From positions 2,336,001 to 2,400,000 of the forward strand of contig CAVTRC010000001.1 in the NCBI GenBank assembly GCA_963737065.1: a stretch of 64,000 nucleotides of DNA. The letters are read 5' to 3'. The notes below the pieces were generated by a model. That model was not told the origin of the DNA. It saw only the letters and a program-made list of their open reading frames with translations, and did not search any database. The DNA comes from Candidatus Eremiobacteria bacterium. Lineage in GTDB: Bacteria; Vulcanimicrobiota; Vulcanimicrobiia; Vulcanimicrobiales; Vulcanimicrobiaceae. Below, one piece after another: positions 1 to 10,133 of this stretch. The position numbers and the translations under genes are program-made. How positions within the stretch are numbered: the first letter of the stretch is position 1; each line of letters begins with the position of its first letter.

Positions 1-663
1 CCCGGGCCCGCCGAGTAACCACTTGTGCGAACCGCCCGTGACGATATCCAAATCCCAGTCCGTCACGTCGTACGGATACGTTCCGGTCGTTTGATATGCA
101 TCGACGCACAACAGCGCGCCGACCTTGCGGCAATGCGCCTGGATCGCTTGCACCTCGGCAAGCGCGCCGGACACGTAGTATGCGTGCGAAAGGACCGCGA
201 TTTGCGTGCGCTCGGTTATCGCCTCAACGATCCGTTCCGTCGGGATCGTGCGTCCATCGTTCGAGCCCACGATGCGAACCGTCGCGCCGTACCGTTCCCA
301 CTCGGTCCAGACATACGTCAGCGACGGGAATTGCAGCGCTTCGTACACGACTTCGTTGCGCTCGCCGCGAAAATCGAGCGACGTTGCGAGCGCCGCTTGC
401 AACACCGAAACGTTCGGGCCGAGAAACACCGATCCGGGCGCGGCACCGATGATCGACCCGATGCCATCGCCGACGACCGCGATTTCCGGCAACCAGCGCT
501 CCCATGCCTGGGGACCGTCTGTCGCCCACTCGTTCCAGTACGATTCGAGCGCGGCTTTCGCGCGCAGCGGCGCCGCGCCCATTGAATGATTCACCAGATA
601 GGTGGCTGTTTCGAGGATCGGAAATTGATCGCGATGCAGCGCTTGCGTGGCCGTCGTCGTCAT
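1..663 (-). CDS. kynU: Kynureninase / class V PLP aminotransferase (3' end runs off window)
   Basis: Manual translation from ATG at 663 (not in ORF track): MTTTATQALHRDQFPILETATYLVNHSMG...QFPS...VDAYQ...GGSHKWLLGGPG (PLP-lysine motif); ATGA overlap with kynA stop. Confidence 0.8.
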   Translation of the reverse strand, partial: MTTTATQALHRDQFPILETATYLVNHSMGAAPLRAKAALESYWNEWATDGPQAWERWLPEIAVVGDGIGSIIGAAPGSVFLGPNVSVLQAALATSLDFRGERNEVVYEALQFPSLTYVWTEWERYGATVRIVGSNDGRTIPTERIVEAITERTQIAVLSHAYYVSGALAEVQAIQAHCRKVGALLCVDAYQTTGTYPYDVTDWDLDIVTGGSHKWLLGGPG

Positions 664-1442
664 GACTGCGCGTAATTACCGGTGCCTAAGTGCGTCCGCA
701 CCTCCCACAGTTCGGGGAAGAACCGGTGTCCGAGCGTGCGCTGTAGATACTCGGCGCCGGACGAACCCCCGGTGCCGATTCTATTTCCGATCATGCGCTC
801 CACCATGCGGACATGCCGTCCGCGCCAAAGCAAGAAGCGCTCGTCGAACTCGATCAGATCCTCGAGGAGCAGATACAGATCGTAGTACTTGTCGGTGTCG
901 ACGTAGATGCGGCGGAACGATTCGACCAATTCCTCGCTGGAATCGACCGCGAAACCACGCCGCTTCAGCAGTGCTTTGACGTGATCGTATAAGGACGGTT
1001 CCTGTGCCGCCCGTTCGAGCCGCGTCCGTTGTTCCTTGTCCATCGAAATATACTTCAGCGCCTCCGTGCGCCGCACACCGCATAGGAATTCCACTTCGCG
1101 AAACTGCACGGACTGAAAACCGCTCGCGGGGTTGAGATTGTCGCGAAACTCGTTAAACTCTTGCGGCGTCATGGTTTCCAAGACGTCGACTTGCTGTTCG
1201 AGCAGACGCTGAATCGTGTGAATGCGGCGGAAATACTTCGCGACGCGCAATAATTCATCACGATCGAGCGCGTCGACGACCGCGCGCAGTTCATGCAGCA
1301 CTTGCTTGAACCACAGCTCGTACACTTGATGAATCACGATAAAGAGGATTTCATCGTGATGTTCCGGGCTCGAGAGCGGACGTTGAAGGCCGACGAGTTC
1401 GTCGACCTTCAGATAAGAACTGTACGAGAGGCGGTCGTCCAT
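660..1442 (-). CDS. kynA: Tryptophan 2,3-dioxygenase
   Basis: HDEILFIVIHQVYELWFK, ASGFQSVQFR, GTGGSSG, FPELWEVR motifs. Confidence 0.95.
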   Translation of the reverse strand: MDDRLSYSSYLKVDELVGLQRPLSSPEHHDEILFIVIHQVYELWFKQVLHELRAVVDALDRDELLRVAKYFRRIHTIQRLLEQQVDVLETMTPQEFNEFRDNLNPASGFQSVQFREVEFLCGVRRTEALKYISMDKEQRTRLERAAQEPSLYDHVKALLKRRGFAVDSSEELVESFRRIYVDTDKYYDLYLLLEDLIEFDERFLLWRGRHVRMVERMIGNRIGTGGSSGAEYLQRTLGHRFFPELWEVRTHLGTGNYAQS

Positions 1443-1813
1443 TACGGAACCTGTATCGTGAACGTCACCGTTCGAGCCGGTGCAGCGTTCGGTTCAAAGG
1501 GACGCGAGTATTGAAAGGTGATCGTGCTCGTGCCCGCGCGATTGGCGTGATAGATGAAAATCTGCTGCGCGGGTGCGCCGGGCATCGTGGTCGACGGATT
1601 CTGACGAACGTTCCCTTCGTACGCGAGCACGCTGCCGTCACCCGTTTGTTGCGTCCACGAATATCCGGTTGACGGATTGGATTGCAATGCGATGAAGAAT
1701 TCTTCGCCCGTCTGAATCGTGACGGCGCTCGCTGCGTCCGATTCTTGAAGAACCGGCGAATGTGGCGTAAGCGCCAGCAACGCGAGCGCGAGTCCGAGGA
1801 ACAGCTGTTTCAT
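1442..1813 (-). CDS. Secreted chagasin/I42-family protease inhibitor
   Basis: Signal peptide from ATG 1813; SNPSTGYSW, PGA and YSRPFE motifs. Confidence 0.8.
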   Translation of the reverse strand: MKQLFLGLALALLALTPHSPVLQESDAASAVTIQTGEEFFIALQSNPSTGYSWTQQTGDGSVLAYEGNVRQNPSTTMPGAPAQQIFIYHANRAGTSTITFQYSRPFEPNAAPARTVTFTIQVP

Positions 1814-1923
1814 GCGGTCGTGGTCTCCCGAGCGCGCTCGACTTCGCCATCGTTCGATCCGCGCAGAACGTGTCGAAGGACGAATACGGGGCTTGCTGCG
1901 CTTCTCCTCGAAATCGCGCCCGT

Positions 1924-2583
1924 ATGAAAAACGTGTTGCCGGCGGTGGTGCTGCTTGCCGCCGTGACCGCCTGCTCGCAGTCATCCCAATCACGATCCTC
2001 GTCGGAATCGAGCACGGCACAGTCGCCGTCACCCGCGGCGACGAATCCGACGGGGTTTCCGTTGTACGCCGAGAGCACCGTGCTTGCGTCGAAGGCATGG
2101 AGCGAGAACTCCGGCTCGCAGCATTACAGCGGCCTTGAAGTTGTCGCGGAAACCGCGGCTTCGATGAACCAACTCAACACGTGGTTGACGTCGCTTTCAG
2201 CGAACCCGCCCACCGGCTACAGTGTCGCGGCAAGCGGCAGCGGTGTCACGGAGGCGCACACGCGCGCGCGCGCAATGGGCGTCGATTTTCAGGTCTTCGA
2301 ACACTTCGTCAACGGCAAGCGACATGCGTTGATCGTTGCCGCGATCGATCCGTCGACGTTCGATGAAAAAGCCGGCCCGGTATTGAGCGCGCTGAACCAA
2401 TACAAGAAGTTGCCCCAAGCGTTCCGCGATCCGATCGATGCGCAAGTTCGCTCGCGCACAGGCTTCACGATGAGCGATGCCCTTGCTCCGAACACGCCGA
2501 TCGGCGCAGCGGTCGCAGCCGTTGACGAGCTTCGTTCGTCGGGACAGCGCGGCGTCGTCTTGGTGGATGGGTCACATCAATAG
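1924..2583 (+). CDS. Hypothetical lipoprotein
   Basis: MKNVLPAVVLLAAVTAC lipobox followed by Ser-rich linker. Confidence 0.7.
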   Translation: MKNVLPAVVLLAAVTACSQSSQSRSSSESSTAQSPSPAATNPTGFPLYAESTVLASKAWSENSGSQHYSGLEVVAETAASMNQLNTWLTSLSANPPTGYSVAASGSGVTEAHTRARAMGVDFQVFEHFVNGKRHALIVAAIDPSTFDEKAGPVLSALNQYKKLPQAFRDPIDAQVRSRTGFTMSDALAPNTPIGAAVAAVDELRSSGQRGVVLVDGSHQ

Positions 2584-3292
2584 CGTTCGCATCGGTGCGG
2601 CGCTGTTGACGGTTCTCGCAACGGCGCAAACGCCGCCGCCGAAAAGCTACGTCGGCGTTCAGGCGTTGACGATCATCGGTCAGCATCAGGACGTGGCTGG
2701 AACTCAGCGTGGCGTTGGTGCGGGTCCGCTTCTGCAGCTTCGGGCGGGCGGAAGCCGCCTCGCCGTAAGCCTCGAGGGAATTCCGGTCGTTGGCATTCCC
2801 GGCGTCGCGCCTTCTGCTACGTACGGACAAGCGACGCCGCACGTCGGAATCTTCAACGGCGAATTCGAGTATGCAACGAGCGCGAAGCGGACGCTTTGGA
2901 TCGCGCTCGGTGAAACGGTCTACAACCAACGCACGCCCCTGCCCGCGCAAAGTCAAGTCGTTTCTTCACGCCTTGCCGGCTTTCGTTACGCCACGCGCTA
3001 CATACATCCGACGAGCGAATCGCATTTCATCGAAGCGTTCGTCGGTGCCGCACCCGCGCTCACCGGCTCCGACGTCTACGTCGCAACCGGCGGCGCGGTC
3101 CTCGACACGAAGCCCGAGCGCGCATCGGAGATCGATGCGTCGCTTTCTTTCGGCTACTATCATCGCTCAACGGAGTGGCTCATCGGCGTCCGATCGCTGA
3201 ACTTCGCTGCGAAATTCATCGACACGGGTGAAGCAGCAGATCGCAACGTGGGAATCGGCCCGCTCATCGAGTGGCGACACGTTTTTCCGTAA
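2567..3292 (+). CDS. Hypothetical exported protein, possibly beta-barrel
   Basis: Signal-like N-terminus, alternating beta-strand pattern, aromatic C-terminal strand. Confidence 0.55.
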   Translation: MGHINSVRIGAALLTVLATAQTPPPKSYVGVQALTIIGQHQDVAGTQRGVGAGPLLQLRAGGSRLAVSLEGIPVVGIPGVAPSATYGQATPHVGIFNGEFEYATSAKRTLWIALGETVYNQRTPLPAQSQVVSSRLAGFRYATRYIHPTSESHFIEAFVGAAPALTGSDVYVATGGAVLDTKPERASEIDASLSFGYYHRSTEWLIGVRSLNFAAKFIDTGEAADRNVGIGPLIEWRHVFP

Positions 3293-3318
3293 TGCGATCC
3301 CGACCTCGTCGAAGGACG

Positions 3319-3837
3319 CTACGGAAGCACAATCCCTTCGAACGCGAGCAGGCGCCGGCGCATGGAATTCGGGCCCGCACCCTTGATGTGGCCGTCTGCG
3401 CCGACGACGCGGTGGGCGGGAATCAATAGATCGAGCGGCGTTTTTCCCATTGCTGCAGCGACGCCGCGATGCGAGAGCGGTGCACCGATCGCGCGCGCGA
3501 CGTCCGCATACGAAATGAGTTCGCCCGTTTCCAATTGAGCGACGAGACGCCATACGGCAATTTGAAACGGCGTGCCTCCCAGCCGCAACGGCAGATCGAA
3601 GCGACGCAAGCGTTTCTCGAAATATCGGCGCAACTGTTTCGATGCTTCTACGAGGAGCGCGTTGTCGCGCGGCGGTCGCCGTGCCGGCATACGCGCGCGG
3701 AATGTGCACGCCGTTATCTCGCAATCGGTTGCTGTGACAAAGAGCCGCGCGCCCAGTGGCGTCGCAACGACGAGCGCGTCGTTTTCCACGCGGCGGTCTA
3801 CCACGCGTGGGAGGGTTTGTCTTGCGACGGGGTGCAA
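3319..3837 (-). CDS. Ogt/MGMT-family protein with PAHR active site (alkyltransferase-like); start uncertain
   Basis: GTPFQIAVW, SYADVA, IPAHRVV instead of PCHRV. Confidence 0.85.
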   Translation of the reverse strand: MHPVARQTLPRVVDRRVENDALVVATPLGARLFVTATDCEITACTFRARMPARRPPRDNALLVEASKQLRRYFEKRLRRFDLPLRLGGTPFQIAVWRLVAQLETGELISYADVARAIGAPLSHRGVAAAMGKTPLDLLIPAHRVVGADGHIKGAGPNSMRRRLLAFEGIVLP

Positions 3838-3848
3838 GCAAGACCGCA

Positions 3849-4706
3849 GTGAAGACGTTGTTCATTACCGGAGCAAGCCGTGGAATCGGTCTTGCGATTG
3901 CCGTGCGCGCGGCGAGCGAGGGCGCCAATGTTGCGATCGTCGCGAAGACGACCGAACCGCACCCCAAACTGCCCGGCACGATTTATACGGCTGCGGAAGC
4001 AATCGAAGCGGCAGGCGGCAACGCGCTTCCAATCGCGTGCGATATCCGTTTTGAAGAACAGGTCGCGGATGCCGTCGCAAAGACGGTCGAACGTTTTGGC
4101 GGTATCGATGCGTGTATCAATAACGCAAGCGCGATTTCGCTGACACCCACAGTTGAAACCGACATGAAGCGCTATGATTTGATGAATGAGGTCAATGCGC
4201 GCGGGACGTTTCTGTGTTCGAAATTGACCGTACCGCATTTGGCGAAGTCGTCGAACGGGCACATTTTGAACCTCGCGCCGCCGCTCGATATGGACGCGCG
4301 GTGGTTCGCCCGGCACACCGCCTATACGGTCTCAAAATTCGGCATGTCGATGTGCACGCTCGGGATGGCCGAAGAGTTCAAGCCGATCAACGTTGCGGTG
4401 AATTCGCTGTGGCCGCTCACCGCAATCGATACCGCTGCGGTGCGCAACGTTCTGGGCGGTGCGGCGATGGCTGAGGCGTCGCGCAAACCGCAGATCGTCG
4501 CAGATGCCGCATGGCTGATTCTCAATCGGCCCGCCGCCTCGTGCACCGGCAATTTTTTCATCGACGAAGATGTCTTGCGCGAGTCCGGCATAACGAATTT
4601 CTCGGTATACGCGAATCACCCAGGCGCGTCGCTCGTTCCCGACTTCTTCGTGTCGGACGAGACAGTAAAACGCTCGTCGACGCCGCTTCTGCCGTTACCG
4701 TGGTAG
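3849..4706 (+). CDS. Short-chain dehydrogenase/reductase (HSDL2-like)
   Basis: TGASRGIG, NNASAI, YTVSK, HPKLPGTI; GTG start at 3849. Confidence 0.9.
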   Translation: MKTLFITGASRGIGLAIAVRAASEGANVAIVAKTTEPHPKLPGTIYTAAEAIEAAGGNALPIACDIRFEEQVADAVAKTVERFGGIDACINNASAISLTPTVETDMKRYDLMNEVNARGTFLCSKLTVPHLAKSSNGHILNLAPPLDMDARWFARHTAYTVSKFGMSMCTLGMAEEFKPINVAVNSLWPLTAIDTAAVRNVLGGAAMAEASRKPQIVADAAWLILNRPAASCTGNFFIDEDVLRESGITNFSVYANHPGASLVPDFFVSDETVKRSSTPLLPLPW

Positions 4707-4710
4707 TACG

Positions 4711-5460
4711 ATGAGCGACGTCGTGTACAGCGATGACGGGGCCGTCGCATCGATCCGGTTCAACCGTCCCGAGAAGAAGAACGCAATTACGCTTGCAATG
4801 TATGCTGCGATGGCGTCGGCGCTCGAGGACGCCGATCGCAACGATGACATCCGCGTCGTCGGCCTCTTCGGTGGCGACGTATTCACGGCGGGCAACGATA
4901 TCGGCGATTTCTTAGCGGGAGGCGAATTCGGCTCCGCGGATCACCCGGCGCTGCGGTTTCTGCGCGCGATCCGCGAGTTTCGCAAGCCGATCGTCGCGGG
5001 CGTGAAGGGGGCCGCCATCGGCATCGGCACGACGCTGCTGATGCATTGCGACGCGGTTGTTGCGGGAAAGTCGGCGCGCTTTTCGATGCCGTTTACGAAG
5101 CTCGGCATCGTACCGGAGGGCGGCGCAAGCGCTCTCTTTGCGCTGATCGCCGGACGGATGCGTGCATCGTGGTATTTGCTCTCCGGCGAGCAGTTCGGCG
5201 CGCAGCAAGCATTCGAAATGGGCTTCGTGACGCGCGTCACTGATGATGACGACGTCGACGCGGCGGTGGCGATGATGTGCGGCGAACTTGCAGAACTTCC
5301 GAAGAACTCCGTCATGACCACCAAGCGATTGCTGAAGGCGCGTTTCACCGACATCGTCGTCGCCGCGATGAACGACGAAGCGCACGATTTCGCCGCCGCG
5401 CTGCAGTCCGACGAAGCGCGCGCGTCGTTCATGAAGTTCCTCGATGCCTCGCGAAAGTAG
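4711..5460 (+). CDS. Enoyl-CoA hydratase/isomerase family protein
   Basis: NRPEKKNAI, FTAGND, AIGIG, GIVPEGG. Confidence 0.9.
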   Translation: MSDVVYSDDGAVASIRFNRPEKKNAITLAMYAAMASALEDADRNDDIRVVGLFGGDVFTAGNDIGDFLAGGEFGSADHPALRFLRAIREFRKPIVAGVKGAAIGIGTTLLMHCDAVVAGKSARFSMPFTKLGIVPEGGASALFALIAGRMRASWYLLSGEQFGAQQAFEMGFVTRVTDDDDVDAAVAMMCGELAELPKNSVMTTKRLLKARFTDIVVAAMNDEAHDFAAALQSDEARASFMKFLDASRK

Positions 5461-5890
5461 ACTGTTCGTCAAGACCGGCGTCGCGGCGCTGATTCTCGCC
5501 TTTGCATGGGGCGCAGCGATGGCGCTTAGGGAGGCGCGCGGCGGTAGCGCCGGCGACCTTTGGCCGGTGGAGCACGCGCATCTTGCCTTTGTCGGCTGGC
5601 TCGTCAACTTCGTCATCGGCTTTGCGCTCTGGCTCTTGCCGCTCAATCGCGAACGCTATCCGCAAACGCAAGGGCGGTACTTGGCGTGGATGCCGCTTGC
5701 GATCTATCTGTTGCTCAACGTCGGGCTCGTCGCGCGGATCGTCTCCGAGCCGTTTGCTTATCAAAGCGAAATCGCGCGCATCGTTCTCGGAGTATCGGGC
5801 ATCGCGCAGCTCGCGGCGATTCTTCTCTTTGCGGCGCTTGCATGGTCGCGGACACGGGCTCCTGCGCGGCCTGCGCCGGGTGTGCGCTAA
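5444..5890 (+). CDS. Small membrane protein with HAH motif (heme-copper oxidase subunit I-like/NnrS-like repeat)
   Basis: About 4 TM helices, EHAHLAFVGW motif. Confidence 0.6.
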   Translation: MPRESRLFVKTGVAALILAFAWGAAMALREARGGSAGDLWPVEHAHLAFVGWLVNFVIGFALWLLPLNRERYPQTQGRYLAWMPLAIYLLLNVGLVARIVSEPFAYQSEIARIVLGVSGIAQLAAILLFAALAWSRTRAPARPAPGVR

Positions 5891-7080
5891 TGTGGGGGTC
5901 GTGGATTCCGCCGGTTCCGCTCACGCTCGGCGCGTTCTTCGGCATTGTTGCGTGGATTCTCGCGATCGCCTACGGAATCGAACCGTCGTTCGCGCGCGGC
6001 CTCGCGTGGATTCATGCAATCGCGCTCGGTTCCATCACCACGATTGCGCTCTCCGTGCTCATTCACGTCATTCCGGCATTCACCGATCTCGAGTGGCGGT
6101 TTCGAGCGGTCGCGCGATGGTGCGCATTCTTTCTGCCGTTCGCCGCGGCGGGGCTCGTCGCCGCGTTCTTCGTGATGAATCTAGGCGGGATTGCGGCGTT
6201 CGGCAGCGTTGCTGCGGTCATCATCGCCGTCTACGTTATCGTCGCAATCATGACGCTCGCGCAACGGGCACCGACGCGGCTGGAAGGAGCGGTCGCGCGA
6301 GCATTCCTCATTGTCATGGGCTTTCTCGGCGTGGCCGTGCTCATCGGCGGCGACGTTGCGCATGGATTGTGGAGTGGTGAGGCGCGAGTTCTACGCTACG
6401 CGCCCGTGCATGCGACGCTCGCAATTGTGGGCTGGTTAACGATGCTCGTGATGGGCGTGTCCGCGCGGACGTTTCGTCCGCTGTTACGCTCGGACTCGCG
6501 ATTGCGGCGGGTTCATATCCCGGCGACTTCCAGTATGTTCTTTTGTGCCGTGCTTGCAGCGATTGGGTTCGCTATCGCAAACGTTGCCGTTACAACTGCC
6601 GGTTTTGCACTCGGACTCGTGGGATCGCTGCTGTACGCGGCCGATGGTTTCGATCGCGTTCGACGCGCGTCCACACCGAATCGTCCCGCGCACGTCTTCA
6701 TCGCCTTCGCGTTTGTCTGGCTGATCGTCGCCGCGGTAGCGGCACTGCTTGCGAATTATCCCGTAGCGATCGTCATCGTCCTCGCCGGATGGCTCGGACA
6801 GATGGTCAACGCGCACTTGCATCATCTCGGCATTCGCGTGATTGCTACGACCTTCGGCGGTGAAGACAATGAAACGCCCCCGTGGCAGATCCTTGACATG
6901 CGAGTTGCATGGACGAGCGTTGTTCTCGATCAGCTGGCCGTGCTCGCGCTGGCGATCGGTGTGCTCGCGTCCTCATCACCGCTGATCGTCTGCGGTGGAA
7001 TTGCCGGCCTTGCCGGTATGCTCGCATTCTTACTCAATGCGCGCATCGCGATGCAAAGAGTAACGCCCGGACTCGTTTGA
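5890..7080 (+). CDS. Polytopic membrane protein (NnrS-like / heme-copper oxidase subunit I-like repeats)
   Basis: TAATG coupling to upstream gene; about 12 TM helices; WIHAIALG, VHATLAIVGW, HLHH. Confidence 0.6.
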   Translation: MWGSWIPPVPLTLGAFFGIVAWILAIAYGIEPSFARGLAWIHAIALGSITTIALSVLIHVIPAFTDLEWRFRAVARWCAFFLPFAAAGLVAAFFVMNLGGIAAFGSVAAVIIAVYVIVAIMTLAQRAPTRLEGAVARAFLIVMGFLGVAVLIGGDVAHGLWSGEARVLRYAPVHATLAIVGWLTMLVMGVSARTFRPLLRSDSRLRRVHIPATSSMFFCAVLAAIGFAIANVAVTTAGFALGLVGSLLYAADGFDRVRRASTPNRPAHVFIAFAFVWLIVAAVAALLANYPVAIVIVLAGWLGQMVNAHLHHLGIRVIATTFGGEDNETPPWQILDMRVAWTSVVLDQLAVLALAIGVLASSSPLIVCGGIAGLAGMLAFLLNARIAMQRVTPGLV

Positions 7081-7114
7081 GCCGGGCGTTACGCGGTGTA
7101 ACCCGTTGCGTGCC

Positions 7115-8950
7115 TTACGGATTGCTCGGCGTTTGGGGGTCACCCGCAAATGGGCCGAACGGATCGAGTACGTATCTTGCGGCATACGGCGTGCCGTTGC
7201 CGAGCACGTAGTTATAACCTCTGCGCGTCGGGTAGCCGTTGTTGCCCGGGATATCGTTACGGAACACCGTATCGTTACCGCCGAACGCGAGTAGATAGAT
7301 CGGGTCGTTGGCGTTGCCGACGCGTCCACCAAGCGCTTCATCTTGAACTGCCTGCAAGCCCGCGAACTCGGGAGCCGCAGCACTCGTTCCGATGAGCAAG
7401 TAGAGGCCGCCGGCGAGCGCGGTGACATCCGAGCTGCGATGCGCGCCGCACGGTTGAATGGCGCCGAACGGGCAACCACCCATGTGCATTGCAACGTCCG
7501 GAACAGTGCGCATACTGGAACGCGTGTTTACGAGGTATTGATAGAGCGGTTTCTTCCAATACACACTGATACCGCCGCCCGAGCCCCAGACTGAGCCGGG
7601 CGCGTATCCGTACGACGGATCGAGTGGATCGTCGTATGCGTTCTCGGAAACGTATTTCGAGGTCAACGAATTTGCCACGTGTGTCGTCTGCAAATTCGTT
7701 CCGCCGACGCCCGTCGTGTTCGGATCGTTTGCCGGCCAAATCACGCCTTTGAGCGCCGTACTTCCCGAAGGATCGGTGCATCCGTATGCGCCGCCGTCGC
7801 CCGAGGAGTTGACGAACGTGATTCCTTGCGCATTGCCTTGACGGAACACGTCATGGAACGTCTGGAAGAGATACGTGAAATCTTCCCCGCCATTATACGG
7901 CTTGGTGAAGTACAATTCGCAAAGGCCGAACGACGCGCTCGAAACATCGGCTTGGTTGTCGTCGACGATCGCCGTGTACATGTCGAGGAACGACGGAACG
8001 ATCGACGCATCGGGCGCTTCGTATACGACGAGTCTGGCACCAGGCGCTGAGCCGCCGGCTTGCTGCACGTCGAGAGACACTTCATCAGAGGCGCCGCTGT
8101 TGATGTCGAAGGGCGGGCTTCCGCCGTCAACCGGGCGGCGCTCGATCGCCGGCGGCGTTAGCTTTTCGTGACCGAAATACAGGGCGACATCGCTATCGAG
8201 AAAGTCGCTCGCAGCGAGAATCGCGATCGTCTTTCCCGAACCGTTGAGCCGCGTGTATGACGGATACTTGTACGCTTCTTTAAGATCGTCGAACCAGTAC
8301 GGGCCGTCGACGCTGTAGCGATTCTGCGTAATGGGCGTCTTCGACACCAGCGCCGACTGCGGTCGCATCGCCGGAAGCGGCGCGAACGCTGCAACTTGAG
8401 CGTTTACCGACTTCAGTGCGGCGGGCAGCACGGGCGCGGTGTTGGCTCGCAGCATCGGCGTCGCTTCGTGACCGCGTGCGAGCGTGCTCATGCGGCGTGT
8501 CAAGTGCACGCCGAACGTCTTTTCTACGGTCGCCTGCGGAGCGTCCGCCACGACACCTTGCGTCGTGATCACGGTGCGGAAGCCTTGCGCGTTCAACGCC
8601 GTTGCGACCGTGCGCAAATCGTTCGCGGTCGCGCCGTATGACGCACGGAATTGCGCCGGCGTAAGCCAATGGTGGTACATCGGCGACTTCTTATCGTTTT
8701 GCTCCGAAATCAGCTTATCGAGTTCGCTGCTGTTGCGAAGCGGCAGATGAACGTAAAGCCGAACGCCCTGAGCCGCCGTCTTTGGAACGGTCGCATACAT
8801 GGCATTGTCGGCGGAGCTGGTGTTGGCATTCGAAAGTGACTGTGGTGATGTATCGGAGGTCGTGGGTATCGAGTTGTTTCCGCCCCCGCTGCAAGCGGAT
8901 AAGGCGAAAGCCGCAACGGCACTAGCCGTTGCAACAATGCGGAATCTCAT
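7115..8950 (-). CDS. S53 (sedolisin/kumamolisin) serine peptidase, lipoprotein
   Basis: LSAC lipobox; prodomain WLTPAQFRASYG; EVSLD, SSGD, GTSAAAP catalytic motifs. Confidence 0.9.
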   Translation of the reverse strand: MRFRIVATASAVAAFALSACSGGGNNSIPTTSDTSPQSLSNANTSSADNAMYATVPKTAAQGVRLYVHLPLRNSSELDKLISEQNDKKSPMYHHWLTPAQFRASYGATANDLRTVATALNAQGFRTVITTQGVVADAPQATVEKTFGVHLTRRMSTLARGHEATPMLRANTAPVLPAALKSVNAQVAAFAPLPAMRPQSALVSKTPITQNRYSVDGPYWFDDLKEAYKYPSYTRLNGSGKTIAILAASDFLDSDVALYFGHEKLTPPAIERRPVDGGSPPFDINSGASDEVSLDVQQAGGSAPGARLVVYEAPDASIVPSFLDMYTAIVDDNQADVSSASFGLCELYFTKPYNGGEDFTYLFQTFHDVFRQGNAQGITFVNSSGDGGAYGCTDPSGSTALKGVIWPANDPNTTGVGGTNLQTTHVANSLTSKYVSENAYDDPLDPSYGYAPGSVWGSGGGISVYWKKPLYQYLVNTRSSMRTVPDVAMHMGGCPFGAIQPCGAHRSSDVTALAGGLYLLIGTSAAAPEFAGLQAVQDEALGGRVGNANDPIYLLAFGGNDTVFRNDIPGNNGYPTRRGYNYVLGNGTPYAARYVLDPFGPFAGDPQTPSNP

Positions 8951-9111
8951 ATGTGTGAAAAAATCCCCCTAGAGCAGCATAGGCCCGTAAGATTGGGATA
9001 GCGCTCCTTTCGTCCTGCTTCGTAGGCGCTCACCTCGTTGGGAAATTCGGGGAAGGCGCACTCGCAGGATTGCTCACCGCGTGCACTATGATCGACGTGC
9101 TGGAGGAAACG

Positions 9112-9738
9112 ATGCCTGAGCGATTGCCAACAAGTCATGAACGGCGTTCGGGACAACCATGGGACGCCTCGTATCACGACGGTCCGGCCCCGTGGGATAT
9201 TGGAAAACCGCAGCCCGCTATCGTGCGTCTGGCGTCCGAAGGCGCATTCTCGGGTACGGTGCTCGACGCGGGTTGCGGGTCCGGCGACAACGTGCTTCAT
9301 ATCGCATCGCTCGGATTAGCCGTCGTTGGTGTTGACGTGGCCCAGACGGCGCTCGCGATAGCGCGCGCGAAGGCTGCGCATCGTGAGCTCGACGTCGAGT
9401 TCAAAACTGCTGACGCACTTCAGCTGGAGGGTTTGCGTCGCACGTTCGATACGGTCGTCGACTGCGGATTATTCCACACGTTTGACGGCGAGGAACGTTC
9501 ACGATACGTGTCGGGCCTCGCGGCGGTGACGAAGCGCGATGCAACCGTATACATCGTGTGCTTCAGTGACGAAGGACCCGATATCGGGCCCCACCCGGTG
9601 AGTCGAGAAACGCTGCGGGCCGCGTTCACTGCCCAGAACGGATGGAACGTCGTGTCGATCCAACCTGACCGGCTGCAAACGAGGTTCCACGGCGATCCTG
9701 GCGCATCGGCATGGTGCGCGACGATCAAACGGACGTAA
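9112..9738 (+). CDS. Class I SAM-dependent methyltransferase
   Basis: PWDIGKPQP, VLDAGCGSG, DCGLFH; GGAGG RBS before ATG 9112. Confidence 0.9.
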   Translation: MPERLPTSHERRSGQPWDASYHDGPAPWDIGKPQPAIVRLASEGAFSGTVLDAGCGSGDNVLHIASLGLAVVGVDVAQTALAIARAKAAHRELDVEFKTADALQLEGLRRTFDTVVDCGLFHTFDGEERSRYVSGLAAVTKRDATVYIVCFSDEGPDIGPHPVSRETLRAAFTAQNGWNVVSIQPDRLQTRFHGDPGASAWCATIKRT

Positions 9739-9761
9739 TGTATCGTCACCGGCTGCGCGCT

Positions 9762-9810
9762 ATATTGACGGAAATCGATATAATGGTTTAATATCGACGT
9801 ATGTCGATGC
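9762..9810 (+). promoter_or_regulatory. Tandem ArsR-type operator inverted repeats overlapping the arsR promoter
   Basis: ATATTGA-N6-TCGATAT (9762-9781) and ATATCGA-N6-TCGATGC (9791-9810); -35 TTGACG at 9765. Confidence 0.65.
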
Positions 9811-10133
9811 AGCGCTGCTGTCCTCCGGTTGCTGTCGTGAACGAGGAATTCGAATCGTCGGCGTTGCTCCTCAAAGCCGTCGCCGATCCGTATCGCCTCA
9901 CGATGCTCGCTACGCTCGCCGCCGCGGAAGATGAAGTGTGCGTCTGCGACTTTACCGACGCGCTGCCGCTGAACCAGCCCACGGTCTCGCATCATCTGCG
10001 GATCCTGCGAGAAGCCGGCCTCGTCACCTGTGAACGGCGCGGGACCTGGGTGTACTATCGCATCGCGCGTGACGCGCGCTCGCGCCTTCGCGACGTATTG
10101 TCGTCCGTCTTCAAACAGAAAGTAGCTCGATGA
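9801..10133 (+). CDS. arsR: ArsR/SmtB family metalloregulator
   Basis: KAVADPYRL, VCVCD, QPTVSHHL, RRGTWVYY. Confidence 0.9.
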   Translation: MSMQRCCPPVAVVNEEFESSALLLKAVADPYRLTMLATLAAAEDEVCVCDFTDALPLNQPTVSHHLRILREAGLVTCERRGTWVYYRIARDARSRLRDVLSSVFKQKVAR

